From a bacterium (GTDB lineage Bacteria; Patescibacteriota; Microgenomatia; Curtissbacterales; GWA2-41-24), in contig JAKALT010000005.1 of the NCBI GenBank assembly GCA_021813125.1, positions 107 through 64,106 of the forward strand: DNA of 64,000 bases, read 5' to 3'. Position 1 is the stretch's first letter. Every line of letters starts with the position of its first letter. The position numbers and the translations under genes are program-made. This document shows, piece by piece, positions 19,012 to 28,580 of the stretch. The notes below the pieces were generated by a model that was not told the DNA's origin, searched no databases, and worked only from the letters and a program-made list of their open reading frames with translations.

Positions 19012-19665
19012 ATGAAACTTTTTGTTTGGGATTTCCACGGAACGCTTGAGAAGGGAAACGAAAAAGCGGTTTTGGAGATAACGAATAAAATTCTTAGGGA
19101 CAGTGGCTACGACCGCCAAATGTCTGTAGATGAAAACTCAACTCTTTACGGTAAAAAATGGTATGAGTATTTTCAATATCTTTTGCCGAAGGAGAGTTTG
19201 GACAGGTGTCTGGATCTACAAAGAAAATGTGTGGAGTATGAAAATAAGCACCAGGATATTGTCAGAAATTTTATTAAACAAAATGATTATGCCAATGTGG
19301 TACTGTCAAAAATTAAAGATGCAGGTCACGACCAGATTTTAATTACCAATACTGCAAAAGTGGCCTTTATGATGTTTGTGCAAATTGTGGGGATAAGTGA
19401 GATTTTTCCAATCGGTAAGAAATCTTTTACTACAAATCTGCATCAAAAACATTCAACTTTAACTAAAAGGCAAGTTTTGGAAAATTATTTAAAAGGCAAA
19501 AATTTCAATAAAATTATTGTTGTAGGAGATAGGGGATCGGATGTTGAACTAGCCGGATTTGTGGGTGGAACTTCTTATTTATATGCGCACCCCGGAAAAG
19601 ATTTTTTTGAATGTCTCGCTGACTATAAAATCAGAGATTTAAGGAAAATTTTGGCAGAACTTTAA
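19012..19665 (+). CDS. HAD-like hydrolase
   Basis: FVWDFHGTL, ITN and VGDRGSD motifs. Confidence 0.8.
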   Translation: MKLFVWDFHGTLEKGNEKAVLEITNKILRDSGYDRQMSVDENSTLYGKKWYEYFQYLLPKESLDRCLDLQRKCVEYENKHQDIVRNFIKQNDYANVVLSKIKDAGHDQILITNTAKVAFMMFVQIVGISEIFPIGKKSFTTNLHQKHSTLTKRQVLENYLKGKNFNKIIVVGDRGSDVELAGFVGGTSYLYAHPGKDFFECLADYKIRDLRKILAEL

Positions 19666-19671
19666 TTAGTT

Positions 19672-19731
19672 TTAGGAGTTTTCTTTTAGAGTTTCTACGA
19701 TTTTTTCTAAATTACCATCCATAACGCCTGC
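19672..19731 (-). repeat. Orphan alternative 3' end of prfA
   Basis: 33-bp direct repeat (19699-19731 vs 21404-21436, one mismatch); encodes AGVMDGNLEKIVETLKENS*. Confidence 0.85.
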
Positions 19732-19800
19732 TCTTCGATAAGGATAATGAGAAATAGGCCGAAGTAAGAATAGTGTTAAAAGGATAGCACATAATATTAG

Positions 19801-21252
19801 TTAGAATCCTCTTTGGTTAGGGGGCTTTAACTTAAAAATTTTAGTTTTATATCCGGAATATTCACCAATTATTTTTGAAGAAAGGGAGTTTTTTTCTAAA
19901 TATTGTTCTGTGTAATCAGGAAAAACAAACAAAGCGTTCAGGACAATGTAATCGGACGAATTTAGGATGCCTCTGTATTTATCAAGTTGTGTAGGGCCAG
20001 GCGGGAATTCGTAAAATTTTAAACCATTCTTGCCTCTTAATGCCAGATAAGGATCGGGAATTACGGACAAAAATACAGTGCTGTTTGGTTCAATGTTTTC
20101 CGAAATGTTTTTTGTGAAGCTGGCGAAGTTAAAATTACTGTTGTAGATAATCATTTTTGAAAAAATGATATTAAAGCTTATAAAGGCGATTATGAGGAGC
20201 AATGTGTAAATTCCTGTTTGTTTTATGATACCCGACTCTTCCTTTGCGTTTTTTAAAAGTGATATCAATATCAAGGCTAAAAAGGGTTGAAAGTAAAGAA
20301 AATACCATTGTTCTTTGCTGAAGATTACTGTGGTAGCAGAAATAATAAATCCTGCAAGAAGGAAGTAATTTTTTAAGCTGCGATTTTTATAGACATGGAG
20401 TGCAAAAATGAATAAAGCGATTAAACATAAAATGATTAAAATTTGCCATTGTCCGTCACCCCATCTATGTAATACCCAAGATTTTACAGCTGCTTTTTTA
20501 GCAAGATGCATTTGCATTTGCGCTATGAAAATATTTAATGTTTTTATAATTGTCAAAAACCATATTACAAAACCTAATGCTACAGGGAGCGAGAAAAATA
20601 ATATTGCATTAACTTTTTCCCGAAATTTTATACTGGAAAGTAAAATTGATAAAGCAATTATTGCCGGTGCAAGAAGCGCAATTACATGAGACAAGATAGC
20701 CAGTGAACAAAAAATGCCGCTACAGAGGTAGAGTTTTTTGTTTGTTGAGTTTAAGGCATTTAGAATGATTAAAAATGAGCATAGGATGAAAAAGAATGCA
20801 AGGATATCCATTCTTCCAATTCTTGATGACTGGTTGAAGTTGGGATCAATGGAAAGTAATAAGGTGGCCAAAGTTGCGTAATAATAGGTGTTGAAAATAT
20901 GTTTTGCGATCAAAAAGAAAACTGCAAGCGAAAAAATTCCTAGTAGTAACGACAGTGCCCTAACGGCAATTATTGAGGTTCCAAAAGTGTTAGTCCAGAT
21001 TGAGAGGAAATAGGAATACATTGGAGGTTGCCAAACTGCATATTGCGACATTCCTGGAATTGTATCCTTAAACAGAATGGTCGAAAAAGTACCTTTAGTA
21101 GAAAAGTTATTTGCAATATCCAAAAATATGCCTTCATCTGGCCAGGGCAGGGGGTCTTTAAGATATAAGAGGCTTGAGAATATTAAAAATGGGGTTATTG
21201 CCAATAGGAAAAGCAGTACAATCTTGATTTTCTCTTGCCATTTTTGAGCCAT
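19801..21252 (-). CDS. ArnT/PMT-like (GT-C) membrane glycosyltransferase
   Basis: PWPDE, QPPMY and RMD motifs; many TM helices. Confidence 0.8.
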   Translation of the reverse strand: MAQKWQEKIKIVLLFLLAITPFLIFSSLLYLKDPLPWPDEGIFLDIANNFSTKGTFSTILFKDTIPGMSQYAVWQPPMYSYFLSIWTNTFGTSIIAVRALSLLLGIFSLAVFFLIAKHIFNTYYYATLATLLLSIDPNFNQSSRIGRMDILAFFFILCSFLIILNALNSTNKKLYLCSGIFCSLAILSHVIALLAPAIIALSILLSSIKFREKVNAILFFSLPVALGFVIWFLTIIKTLNIFIAQMQMHLAKKAAVKSWVLHRWGDGQWQILIILCLIALFIFALHVYKNRSLKNYFLLAGFIISATTVIFSKEQWYFLYFQPFLALILISLLKNAKEESGIIKQTGIYTLLLIIAFISFNIIFSKMIIYNSNFNFASFTKNISENIEPNSTVFLSVIPDPYLALRGKNGLKFYEFPPGPTQLDKYRGILNSSDYIVLNALFVFPDYTEQYLEKNSLSSKIIGEYSGYKTKIFKLKPPNQRGF

Positions 21253-21367
21253 GTTTTATCTGACTAAGATAGAGTATCTTACGAATTGCTTAATCCGTCG
21301 CGTTTTCCAAATGAATATCAACTGATTTTACCAGTATTGATAAATTTAAGGAAATCTTATGCTGAAG

Positions 21368-22288
21368 TTATTGGCTCTTTGGTTCGGTTTTTAAAGTATC
21401 GAAGATTTTTTCTAAATTACCATCCATAACACCTGCGATGTTGCCCCAGGATTTGCCAATTCGGTGATCTGTTACCCTGTCTTGCGGAAAGTTGTAGGTG
21501 CGGATTTTTTCACTGCGGTCACCGGTTCCAAGTTGTGTTGATCTGGATGCTGAAAGTTCCTGGTGAGTACGTTCTTCTTCCAAAGCGAACAATCGGGCAC
21601 GCAAGATTTCCATGGCGATTTCGCGGTTTTGGGCTTGGGACCTTTCCGTTTGAGCTTTGACAACAATGCCTGTTGGGATGTGTTTAATACGGACTGCCGT
21701 TGACACTTTGTTGACGTTCTGGCCGCCGTGGCCACCAGACCGGAAAGCTTCAAATTCAATATCTGCAGGACTTATAACTACTTCTGTCTGGCCGACTTCT
21801 GCTAAGACTGCAACAGTTGCAGTTGAGGTGTGAATACGGCCGGAAGATTCTGTTTTTGGAACGCGCTGTACCCTATGGACACCGGATTCAAATTTCAGTT
21901 TATCCCAAACATTTTTACCGCTTACCTTGTAAACAACCTCTTTTATGTTTCCGATTCCGCCTTCGTTTTTGTCCAGTTCATCGACTCGCCAGTTTTGGGA
22001 AGCAGCGTATTTGGTGTACATGCGGGCAAGATCACCTGCAAAAAGCCCGGCTTCATCGCCGCCGGCTGCAGCCCGGATTTCCAAAATTACGGAGTTTGCA
22101 CCCGGTTGCCCTTCCACAACTTCCGGTTTCTGGTAAAGCGCATTTTCAAGCTGGTTTTTTTGCTCTGTCAGATTTTTAATTTCTTCAGCGGCCAGATCTG
22201 CCATAGAAGGATCTGAAGCAGCTAGGTTTTCTGCATCTTTGATTTTTAATTCCAGATCTTCGATTTGTTTTTTCAGATAATCGCTCAT
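21368..22288 (-). CDS. prfA: Peptide chain release factor 1
   Basis: GVHRVQRVPKTE (PxT), GGQ and DRSEKIRTYNFPQ motifs. Confidence 0.95.
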   Translation of the reverse strand: MSDYLKKQIEDLELKIKDAENLAASDPSMADLAAEEIKNLTEQKNQLENALYQKPEVVEGQPGANSVILEIRAAAGGDEAGLFAGDLARMYTKYAASQNWRVDELDKNEGGIGNIKEVVYKVSGKNVWDKLKFESGVHRVQRVPKTESSGRIHTSTATVAVLAEVGQTEVVISPADIEFEAFRSGGHGGQNVNKVSTAVRIKHIPTGIVVKAQTERSQAQNREIAMEILRARLFALEEERTHQELSASRSTQLGTGDRSEKIRTYNFPQDRVTDHRIGKSWGNIAGVMDGNLEKIFDTLKTEPKSQ

Positions 22289-22345
22289 AAGTCTAAGGTA
22301 TCAAAAGTTATAAAAGCATCAAAGGGATCAAATGTGAATTGGTAG

Positions 22346-22657
22346 CTAAGAGGCGGCTTGCTTTTTGGCAAGCTCCAACATTTCTTTGAGGGATTCCGGC
22401 CTTTTTCTTTCTTCTTTTTCCTCTAATTTTTGAGTTTTTTGGGCAATATGAGCTTTTGCGCGTTCCTGGCTTTTTTGGAATTTTTCAACACGGCCAAGTG
22501 TGTCCACGTACTTCATTTCGCCGGTGAAAAATGGGTGGCATTTGTTGCAAATTTCAACCCTAATTTCGGGCATAGTTGAGCCGGTTGTAAAAGTGTTGCC
22601 GCAAATGCAGACGACTTTGGCGTCATCAAAGTATTGCGGATGGATATTGGTTTTCAT
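22346..22657 (-). CDS. rpmE: 50S ribosomal protein L31
   Basis: [29 protein letters not shown]. Confidence 0.95.
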   Translation of the reverse strand: MKTNIHPQYFDDAKVVCICGNTFTTGSTMPEIRVEICNKCHPFFTGEMKYVDTLGRVEKFQKSQERAKAHIAQKTQKLEEKEERKRPESLKEMLELAKKQAAS

Positions 22658-22691
22658 AGTCCTGGTATTTTACCAAATAAGGTTTTTTAGT

Positions 22692-23597
22692 TCAATTGAC
22701 GTGTTTTTGGTGCAAAATATGATTCTTGCGATGATGTTCTGCCAGGAAAACTCCCACAACAATTAAAATTGCACCAAGGGAAAAAGATTGGGTGATTTTT
22801 TCTCCCAGAAGCAAAATGGAAGCTATGATGCCGGAGATTGGGTCTACGTAGAAGAAAAGTGCTGCTTCTCCCGCGGGAAGAAGGGATAGGCCTTTTTGCC
22901 AAAAGTAAGACGCCAGGGCAGAGGCCAAAAATACTCCATAGAGGATTCCAAATAGTCCTTCAATATTTACCGAATTAACCCAGGTAGGATTTTTAATGAA
23001 TTCAAAAGCCGAAAATGGCATAAAGACAACTGCTCCTATTGCAAACATAAAAAATGTCAGCTTTAAGGCGGAGTATTTTTTTAGCAGCTTTTTGGCGTAA
23101 ATTTCATAAGCAACAAAGGCAAACGTGGCGCCTATTAAAAGCAGGTTTCCTGTTGCTGCTTTTAAGTTGAGGGACAGAATTGGAGTTCCGACAATTACAA
23201 TTGTACCCAAAAAAGCCGTTATTGAGGCTAATACTAATCTTAATGTAAGCTTTTCTTTTAGATAAAGATGGGCGGCAAACAAGGTTATTATGGGGACTGC
23301 TGCCGTGATAATTGAGGCATTTATAGCCTCTGTTAGCTCGAGACCTTTGAAAAACAGAAATAAGTTAATGTTGGTTCCCAAAAGCGTTGCAACTACTAGC
23401 GTTTTTAAATCTTCTTTTTGGATTTTTAAATCTTTGACAACAAAGGGCAGAAATATGGCTGTAGCTAAAATTTGACGGATAAATGCAAGGGTAAATAGGG
23501 GAACCTGCGTTAAGGTCACTTTCATAATCGGGGCTGTTGCACCCCAAATTACGGTTGCAGTAACAAGAAGCAGGAAGGCAGGCTTAAGCTTCATCAA
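22692..23597 (-). CDS. EamA/DMT family transporter
   Basis: Ten TM helices, IWG start motif, LLLGEKI. Confidence 0.9.
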   Translation of the reverse strand: MMKLKPAFLLLVTATVIWGATAPIMKVTLTQVPLFTLAFIRQILATAIFLPFVVKDLKIQKEDLKTLVVATLLGTNINLFLFFKGLELTEAINASIITAAVPIITLFAAHLYLKEKLTLRLVLASITAFLGTIVIVGTPILSLNLKAATGNLLLIGATFAFVAYEIYAKKLLKKYSALKLTFFMFAIGAVVFMPFSAFEFIKNPTWVNSVNIEGLFGILYGVFLASALASYFWQKGLSLLPAGEAALFFYVDPISGIIASILLLGEKITQSFSLGAILIVVGVFLAEHHRKNHILHQKHVN

Positions 23598-24495
23598 TTG
23601 CTTCGATTAGGCGGTCGATGCCAAAGGAAAAACCAACAGCAGGAATTTGGCGGCCGGCAAACATGCCGATTAGGTTGTCATAGCGGCCACCGGCACCAAT
23701 TGATAAAGAGGCTGGATTGTTATCTGGCTTGAGTTCGAAGATTGATCCAGTATAGTAGTCAAGACCTCTGGCGAGTGTGGGATCAAAGAAGAAATCTTTG
23801 TTTTGTTCAAGTCCGAGTTTTTCTAATGAACTAAATATTTCTTTTGTGTTTGAAGACATGGTGGTTTTATCTATGTTAGTTAAAGTTTCAATGTCAGATT
23901 GAGCAAAACCTTTTTGCTTCAATTCTTTTTTAAGTTCCTCCTTGCCGACCTTGTGGATTTTGTCGATTGCTCTTATTATGTCGATGTGTATGTTGGAAAA
24001 GACATTGCGGTCATTTATGGCCATTTGGGCCTTTGCAAGACCAAGGCTTCTTGCTGATTCAATTGCTGCCTTGATAATTTTTGCATCTTCTTCCAAACTG
24101 TCCGAGCCGACAGTGTCGAAATCGAATTGGGTGAATTCGCGGTATCTGCCATGTTGGGGGTTTTCGCCGCGGAAAACCTGGCCGATTTGATAACGGGAAA
24201 AAGTTGGGTTAAGCAGATTTTGGTTGTTGGCAACATATCGGGCGAGGGGAACAGTTAAATCATACCGAAGTGCAAGTTCACGATCTCCGCGATCTTTAAA
24301 TTTGTATATCAGCCTTTCTTCCTCACCATATTTTCCGGTGAGGGTTTGTGCAAATTCGATAGTTGGTGTTTCTAGGGGAACAAAGCCAGCATTTTCCAAA
24401 ACGTCCTCAATTTTTCGGATTAAATTGCGGCGTTTTTTGGCAAGATCGGGATTTATATCTCTAAATCCTTTTGGTGTCGGCGGCGCTTTTTGCAT
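23584..24495 (-). CDS. hisS: Histidyl-tRNA synthetase, catalytic domain only
   Basis: PKGFRD, LRYDLTVP, GRYREFTQ, RGLDYYTG, GGRYDNL and GFSFGIDR motifs. Confidence 0.85.
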   Translation of the reverse strand: MQKAPPTPKGFRDINPDLAKKRRNLIRKIEDVLENAGFVPLETPTIEFAQTLTGKYGEEERLIYKFKDRGDRELALRYDLTVPLARYVANNQNLLNPTFSRYQIGQVFRGENPQHGRYREFTQFDFDTVGSDSLEEDAKIIKAAIESARSLGLAKAQMAINDRNVFSNIHIDIIRAIDKIHKVGKEELKKELKQKGFAQSDIETLTNIDKTTMSSNTKEIFSSLEKLGLEQNKDFFFDPTLARGLDYYTGSIFELKPDNNPASLSIGAGGRYDNLIGMFAGRQIPAVGFSFGIDRLIEAIDEA

Positions 24496-24510
24496 AATAC
24501 AAACTTAATC

Positions 24511-25305
24511 TTACAATAATGGTTTTAGAATTTCTATTGCACCCAAAGCTGTTCGAATTGCACGATCAACACTTATCCGAGCTTTTTTAGTATTTAGGTG
24601 GGTTCCAGGAATTGAGAACCTAAATTGATTCTTGACAATTTGATCTAGTGGTTCCGGATTGTAGTTTACGGCAAGAACCGCACCGGAAAGTACGTTTCGC
24701 ATTGTTGATATCAAAAAAAGCGGTGCACATTCCATTTCTGAAGACAACAGGGGATAGTCCCATTTTTTCATTCTTGGGTTTAAATATAGTTGTCCCCATC
24801 TTTTAAAATTTGATGACTTGCCATAAAATGCATCGTGCGTTCTGTTAATTCCGACGTAATAAGGAAATTTTTGGTTTTTTGCACTTTGTTCAAGAGCCTG
24901 GATAACTTTATAGTTGGCGACTGCTGGAAATTCTGGAGGCATATATTCTTTTGTAGTCCCTTCCTCTCTTATTGAAGCTGTTGGAATAATTACTGATCCG
25001 ACTTTAATTTCTTTTTTTAAAGCGCCACCACATGTACCTACCCGAATTAAAATTTTAACGCCTAAATTTATGAGTTCTTCTGTGGCAATAGCAGTTGAGG
25101 GACTTCCGATTCCAGTAGATGTGACCGTGATTTTTATAGCACTGTAGTATCCAGTGTAAGTTACAAACTCACGGTTGCTGGCGACAAGTATTGATTTCTT
25201 AAGATATTTCTGAGCTATTAATTTTGCCCTCTCAGGGTCGCCTGGTAGCAGGACAATTTTTGAAATATCTTGTGGTGAGCATAAAATGTGAGGTTGTTTT
25301 ATCAT
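24511..25305 (-). CDS. Uridine/nucleoside phosphorylase (NP-I family)
   Basis: LLPGDPER, STGIG, RVGTCG and EME motifs. Confidence 0.9.
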   Translation of the reverse strand: MIKQPHILCSPQDISKIVLLPGDPERAKLIAQKYLKKSILVASNREFVTYTGYYSAIKITVTSTGIGSPSTAIATEELINLGVKILIRVGTCGGALKKEIKVGSVIIPTASIREEGTTKEYMPPEFPAVANYKVIQALEQSAKNQKFPYYVGINRTHDAFYGKSSNFKRWGQLYLNPRMKKWDYPLLSSEMECAPLFLISTMRNVLSGAVLAVNYNPEPLDQIVKNQFRFSIPGTHLNTKKARISVDRAIRTALGAIEILKPLL

Positions 25306-26213
25306 TTTCCCTCCTGAATTATTTGCTCAATTAAATAGAAAGCCCCATCGGCAATTGTTTTGTTTTGTGGTGCTACAAGACCGTTTGTTTCTGCGATAAT
25401 TTTTTTGTAAGCATCTGTTGCATTGCCAACCGCACAATTAGTTACTATCCTACCAAGATTTTGCATCGAATCGTTTTCGGTATCACCAATCATGTAATAT
25501 CTCAAGTCTTGTGGGAAACTTTCTATAAACAATTGCACTGCTTTCCATTTTTGAATTTTTGGATTTTTTACCAGACAGCTGCCGATTTGAGGGTAACTTT
25601 TAACTATCATTTTTTGGCTAGGTGGTAGTATTTTTTCTACTTCTTGAACGAATAGTGCTTTTGTTTCCTCAGTCTTTTGAACATCAATCGATAATATTCC
25701 GTTGTTGTCGGATTGCCTTATATATATTCCAAGACTTTCTTCTCTCGCAGAGTTGATTAAATATATAGTTTTGTTTTTTTCATTAATATTTTTTGTTGTT
25801 TGTATGTAAGGTGTGGCGTTTAGCCGGTAAACAACAACGTTTGGTTTTTGATTTAGCTGATTTTCAATACTGTTTGTAAGGTTTTGAAAAAATTGTGCTC
25901 GGCTTTCTTCTGTATAGAGTTTTATATTTTGTTGTGGAAGGTATATGTATGCTCCGTTTTCGGCGATAACAGGTGAGTTTGCATCAAATTGTTCAGCATA
26001 CTGGGAAAGTGCGATGCTGCCCGTGTCAGAAACTAAAACAACCCAATATCCTGCTTGCTTTGCACTTTGGATTATTTCCAGTTTGCTTTTATTGGGTGGA
26101 GTAAAGTTGTTATTTTCATCAAGCCAGACTCCGTCGACATCAGAAAATATAATCCCTTTTTCGGGTTCGCCAATTATTTCCCGCAGGTTAACTGTCCGAA
26201 CTAGCTCTATCAT
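25302..26213 (-). CDS. HAD-IIB (Cof-like) phosphatase
   Basis: SDVDG, AENGA and IGDTEND motifs. Confidence 0.8.
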   Translation of the reverse strand: MIELVRTVNLREIIGEPEKGIIFSDVDGVWLDENNNFTPPNKSKLEIIQSAKQAGYWVVLVSDTGSIALSQYAEQFDANSPVIAENGAYIYLPQQNIKLYTEESRAQFFQNLTNSIENQLNQKPNVVVYRLNATPYIQTTKNINEKNKTIYLINSAREESLGIYIRQSDNNGILSIDVQKTEETKALFVQEVEKILPPSQKMIVKSYPQIGSCLVKNPKIQKWKAVQLFIESFPQDLRYYMIGDTENDSMQNLGRIVTNCAVGNATDAYKKIIAETNGLVAPQNKTIADGAFYLIEQIIQEGK

Positions 26214-27091
26214 ACTTGCCTGAACCTTTCTAAAAACTCTTGTAGTTGTTTTGGATTTTTAAAATATTTTTCAGCGTAAGAAATTTTTGTTTCATCGTAT
26301 TTTGCGTCTGAACTTATAAGACAGGAAAGGCTGTTTATCGGAGGATTTTTTGCGTAATTTCCTTTTAGTGCGAGACTTGTTATCGATTGATTTATATCTT
26401 CGCTTAGGTACGCACCAAATACGCAAATCCAACTAGCAGTTACTATATTGGATTCGTAATCTATTAACTTAAGCTTGAAGGCAAGAGTGTCGATAGTTTG
26501 TCCAGATGCAATAACGTCATCAACAATTACGATGTTTTTTGGAAGTTGATCTGGGAGATTTCCGTAATCGATTTTCAGGTCAAATCTCCCAGGTTTTATT
26601 TTTATTCTAGTAGTGGGCAAATAAACAGCCTTAGAAATGTCAAGAAATTCTTCTGCACTTTTTATGTACTCACTTACAACGCGAGCTCCGTTTCCAGGGA
26701 AAATATATAGAGGGTTTTCTATTCGAAGATTTTTTATCAAGCTAACTAATGCTCCGGTTTGTTTTCTTGCATCGACAACCTGGACCGTGCTTTGGGAGAT
26801 TTCATTTAATGCCCTGACCTGATTGTTTAATTCCTCATTACTTCTTTGGCCTAGTGGATTTACATCTTGGATTATTATTGAACCATCAACTAAGCATGCC
26901 TGAGCAAAATTTATTTCAGTGTATGCTTCCGAAAAAGCACAGGACACTGACATACTTGGTACTAAATCTGAGAGATCTGGCCTTACTTTAAACAAGAGTC
27001 GGACATCTTGAGCGTCAAAATCTCTTTCTCCTTTGCCAAGAAATTTTTGCCTGTCTTTTGGCCAATATATTTGTGATAGATTTCTTTCCAT
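26210..27091 (-). CDS. Type I phosphoribosyltransferase domain protein
   Basis: PRPP-binding motif IVIVDDVIASGQT. Confidence 0.75.
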   Translation of the reverse strand: MERNLSQIYWPKDRQKFLGKGERDFDAQDVRLLFKVRPDLSDLVPSMSVSCAFSEAYTEINFAQACLVDGSIIIQDVNPLGQRSNEELNNQVRALNEISQSTVQVVDARKQTGALVSLIKNLRIENPLYIFPGNGARVVSEYIKSAEEFLDISKAVYLPTTRIKIKPGRFDLKIDYGNLPDQLPKNIVIVDDVIASGQTIDTLAFKLKLIDYESNIVTASWICVFGAYLSEDINQSITSLALKGNYAKNPPINSLSCLISSDAKYDETKISYAEKYFKNPKQLQEFLERFRQV

Positions 27092-27105
27092 GGTTTTTCT
27101 CCATT

Positions 27106-27216
27106 AAAAAACCCGCCGATTTGGCGGGGTGAGTTTCTAAAATTTGCTAGGTTAAATCACTCCGCCTTAGGTGGGGAGTTGTGATGATTTATCTTGATTT
27201 CTTTTTTGTTTTTCAT
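27106..27216 (-). promoter_or_regulatory. His-type leader peptide attenuator
   Basis: Leader MKNKKEIKINHHNSPPKAE (27216-27157); mutually exclusive pairings; terminator CCCGCC-AAATC-GGCGGG-TTTTTT. Confidence 0.75.
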
Positions 27217-27497
27217 TTAGATAATCTTTTTATTATTAACTTATAGCCGCCCGTTCCGCTTGTAAGCCATTTACTGATTCTGGCAATAGTGGTAGATGAC
27301 ATACCTGTTTCTTTTTCTATTTTTTTATAATTTATTTTTTCCGCCAACATATTTGCTACCTTCCAGCGGTTGGCAAATTCTTTTATTTCTTCTTCTGTTA
27401 ATAGGTCCCTTATAAACCTTTTTGCTTCGTCTGGAGTTTGAAGAGCCAGAAAAGCCTTATATAACGATTTTGCTTCCTTAGAATCTTGAACTGACAT
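27213..27497 (-). CDS. YerC/YecD family TrpR-related repressor (HisR-like)
   Basis: FIRDLLTEEEI..RWKVA..TGMSSTTIARISKWL..G.GGY. Confidence 0.9.
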   Translation of the reverse strand: MSVQDSKEAKSLYKAFLALQTPDEAKRFIRDLLTEEEIKEFANRWKVANMLAEKINYKKIEKETGMSSTTIARISKWLTSGTGGYKLIIKRLSK

Positions 27498-27550
27498 ACT
27501 TTATTTTGCTAAAGCAAGACTATGGTAGCACTTTATCTTACTAAAGTCAA
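27498..27550 (-). promoter_or_regulatory. yerC promoter with two palindromic operators
   Basis: ACTTTA-N6-TAAAG(C/T) at 27498-27515 and 27530-27547; minus-strand TTGACT-N17-TACCAT. Confidence 0.7.
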
Positions 27551-27553
27551 GTT

Positions 27554-28486
27554 TTAGGGAAGCAAATAGATTAGATCAGCTGTGTCGTTTCCTTTTTCGT
27601 CTTCGTAATAGATGACGATTGCGTTTCTGTCTTTTACTACCGCTTTTGAATCAGCCTTTTGGTCTTTGTCGATAAAACTAGAGTTTGTGTTGGTGGCAAT
27701 TTTTACGGTTTTTGACTGGCCGGTTTGCTGGGCGGAGAAATTGTTTTTTGAGAGAGTAGTCAAAATTTTGACAATTGCCCAATGTCTTTGGTTTTGAGGC
27801 TTGTCGTCTCTGGAAATATTAATGTTGTCTGCTTCCAGCTGTCCTTCGGTGATGTTTTTGCCTAAAGCAATCATATAATCACCAACTCTTATATCCTGAT
27901 CCTGGGATTGGCTGGCGACTCCCGGCAATTTAGGAATTGCAACTTTGGCGTTTTTAGCTTGTTTTACCGTTGCTTCACCTGTTTGTGTAGTAAGAGTGGT
28001 TGTATCTTTAAAAATGCTTTTGACTAAGCCTGCCAAGACTGTAGTATCTTCAGTTTTTGCCTGTGCAACGTAGTAAGTTAAATTGGTAGCTGCAATTTCT
28101 TTAAGATCCGTACCCAGGGTTGAGAGGCCGATTAAATTAAGTCCGTCATCCAGGTCAAGGTTTGCCTGGAATTTGCCGTTTGCATCTGATTTTAAGATGG
28201 TGTTGATGGAGTTTGAATAAAGCAAAATTATAGAATTTGGCAGTGTCTGGCCCTGCAGCTGAAATTTGTTAAGTGCCAGAACTTTATTTGTTTCGACCGT
28301 AATTTTTTGAGCTTGGGTTGCAGAAGGAGTTGCACTTTGATTTTGGGCTTGAGGCGTAAGCATCTGGTCATTTGCTGTAAGGCCTTTGGGCTGCCTTTGC
28401 CAAAGCCAGTATATAAGAGAGGGGATAGCAATAATCAAAACTATGGCCAGGATTACGGTTTTGGTCGGGAAACCTTTTGTTGGCAT
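27554..28486 (-). CDS. Membrane-anchored secreted protein with an Ig-like domain
   Basis: N-terminal TM; G.T.P..ADANGKF..L.DG.N Ig-like pattern. Confidence 0.6.
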   Translation of the reverse strand: MPTKGFPTKTVILAIVLIIAIPSLIYWLWQRQPKGLTANDQMLTPQAQNQSATPSATQAQKITVETNKVLALNKFQLQGQTLPNSIILLYSNSINTILKSDANGKFQANLDLDDGLNLIGLSTLGTDLKEIAATNLTYYVAQAKTEDTTVLAGLVKSIFKDTTTLTTQTGEATVKQAKNAKVAIPKLPGVASQSQDQDIRVGDYMIALGKNITEGQLEADNINISRDDKPQNQRHWAIVKILTTLSKNNFSAQQTGQSKTVKIATNTNSSFIDKDQKADSKAVVKDRNAIVIYYEDEKGNDTADLIYLLP

Positions 28487-28580
28487 TTTCGGATTTAGCT
28501 TAGCATAAAGCAGGCAGCCTGACAATTGCGAACTCGCATGAATTTTTTTTTTGTGATAATATCAATTGCTAGCAGCAATT

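Noticed and set aside
23584-24495. HisZ (ATP-PRT regulatory subunit)
   Set aside because: HisRS catalytic motifs are intact and there is no hisG or other his biosynthesis gene nearby; not fully excluded
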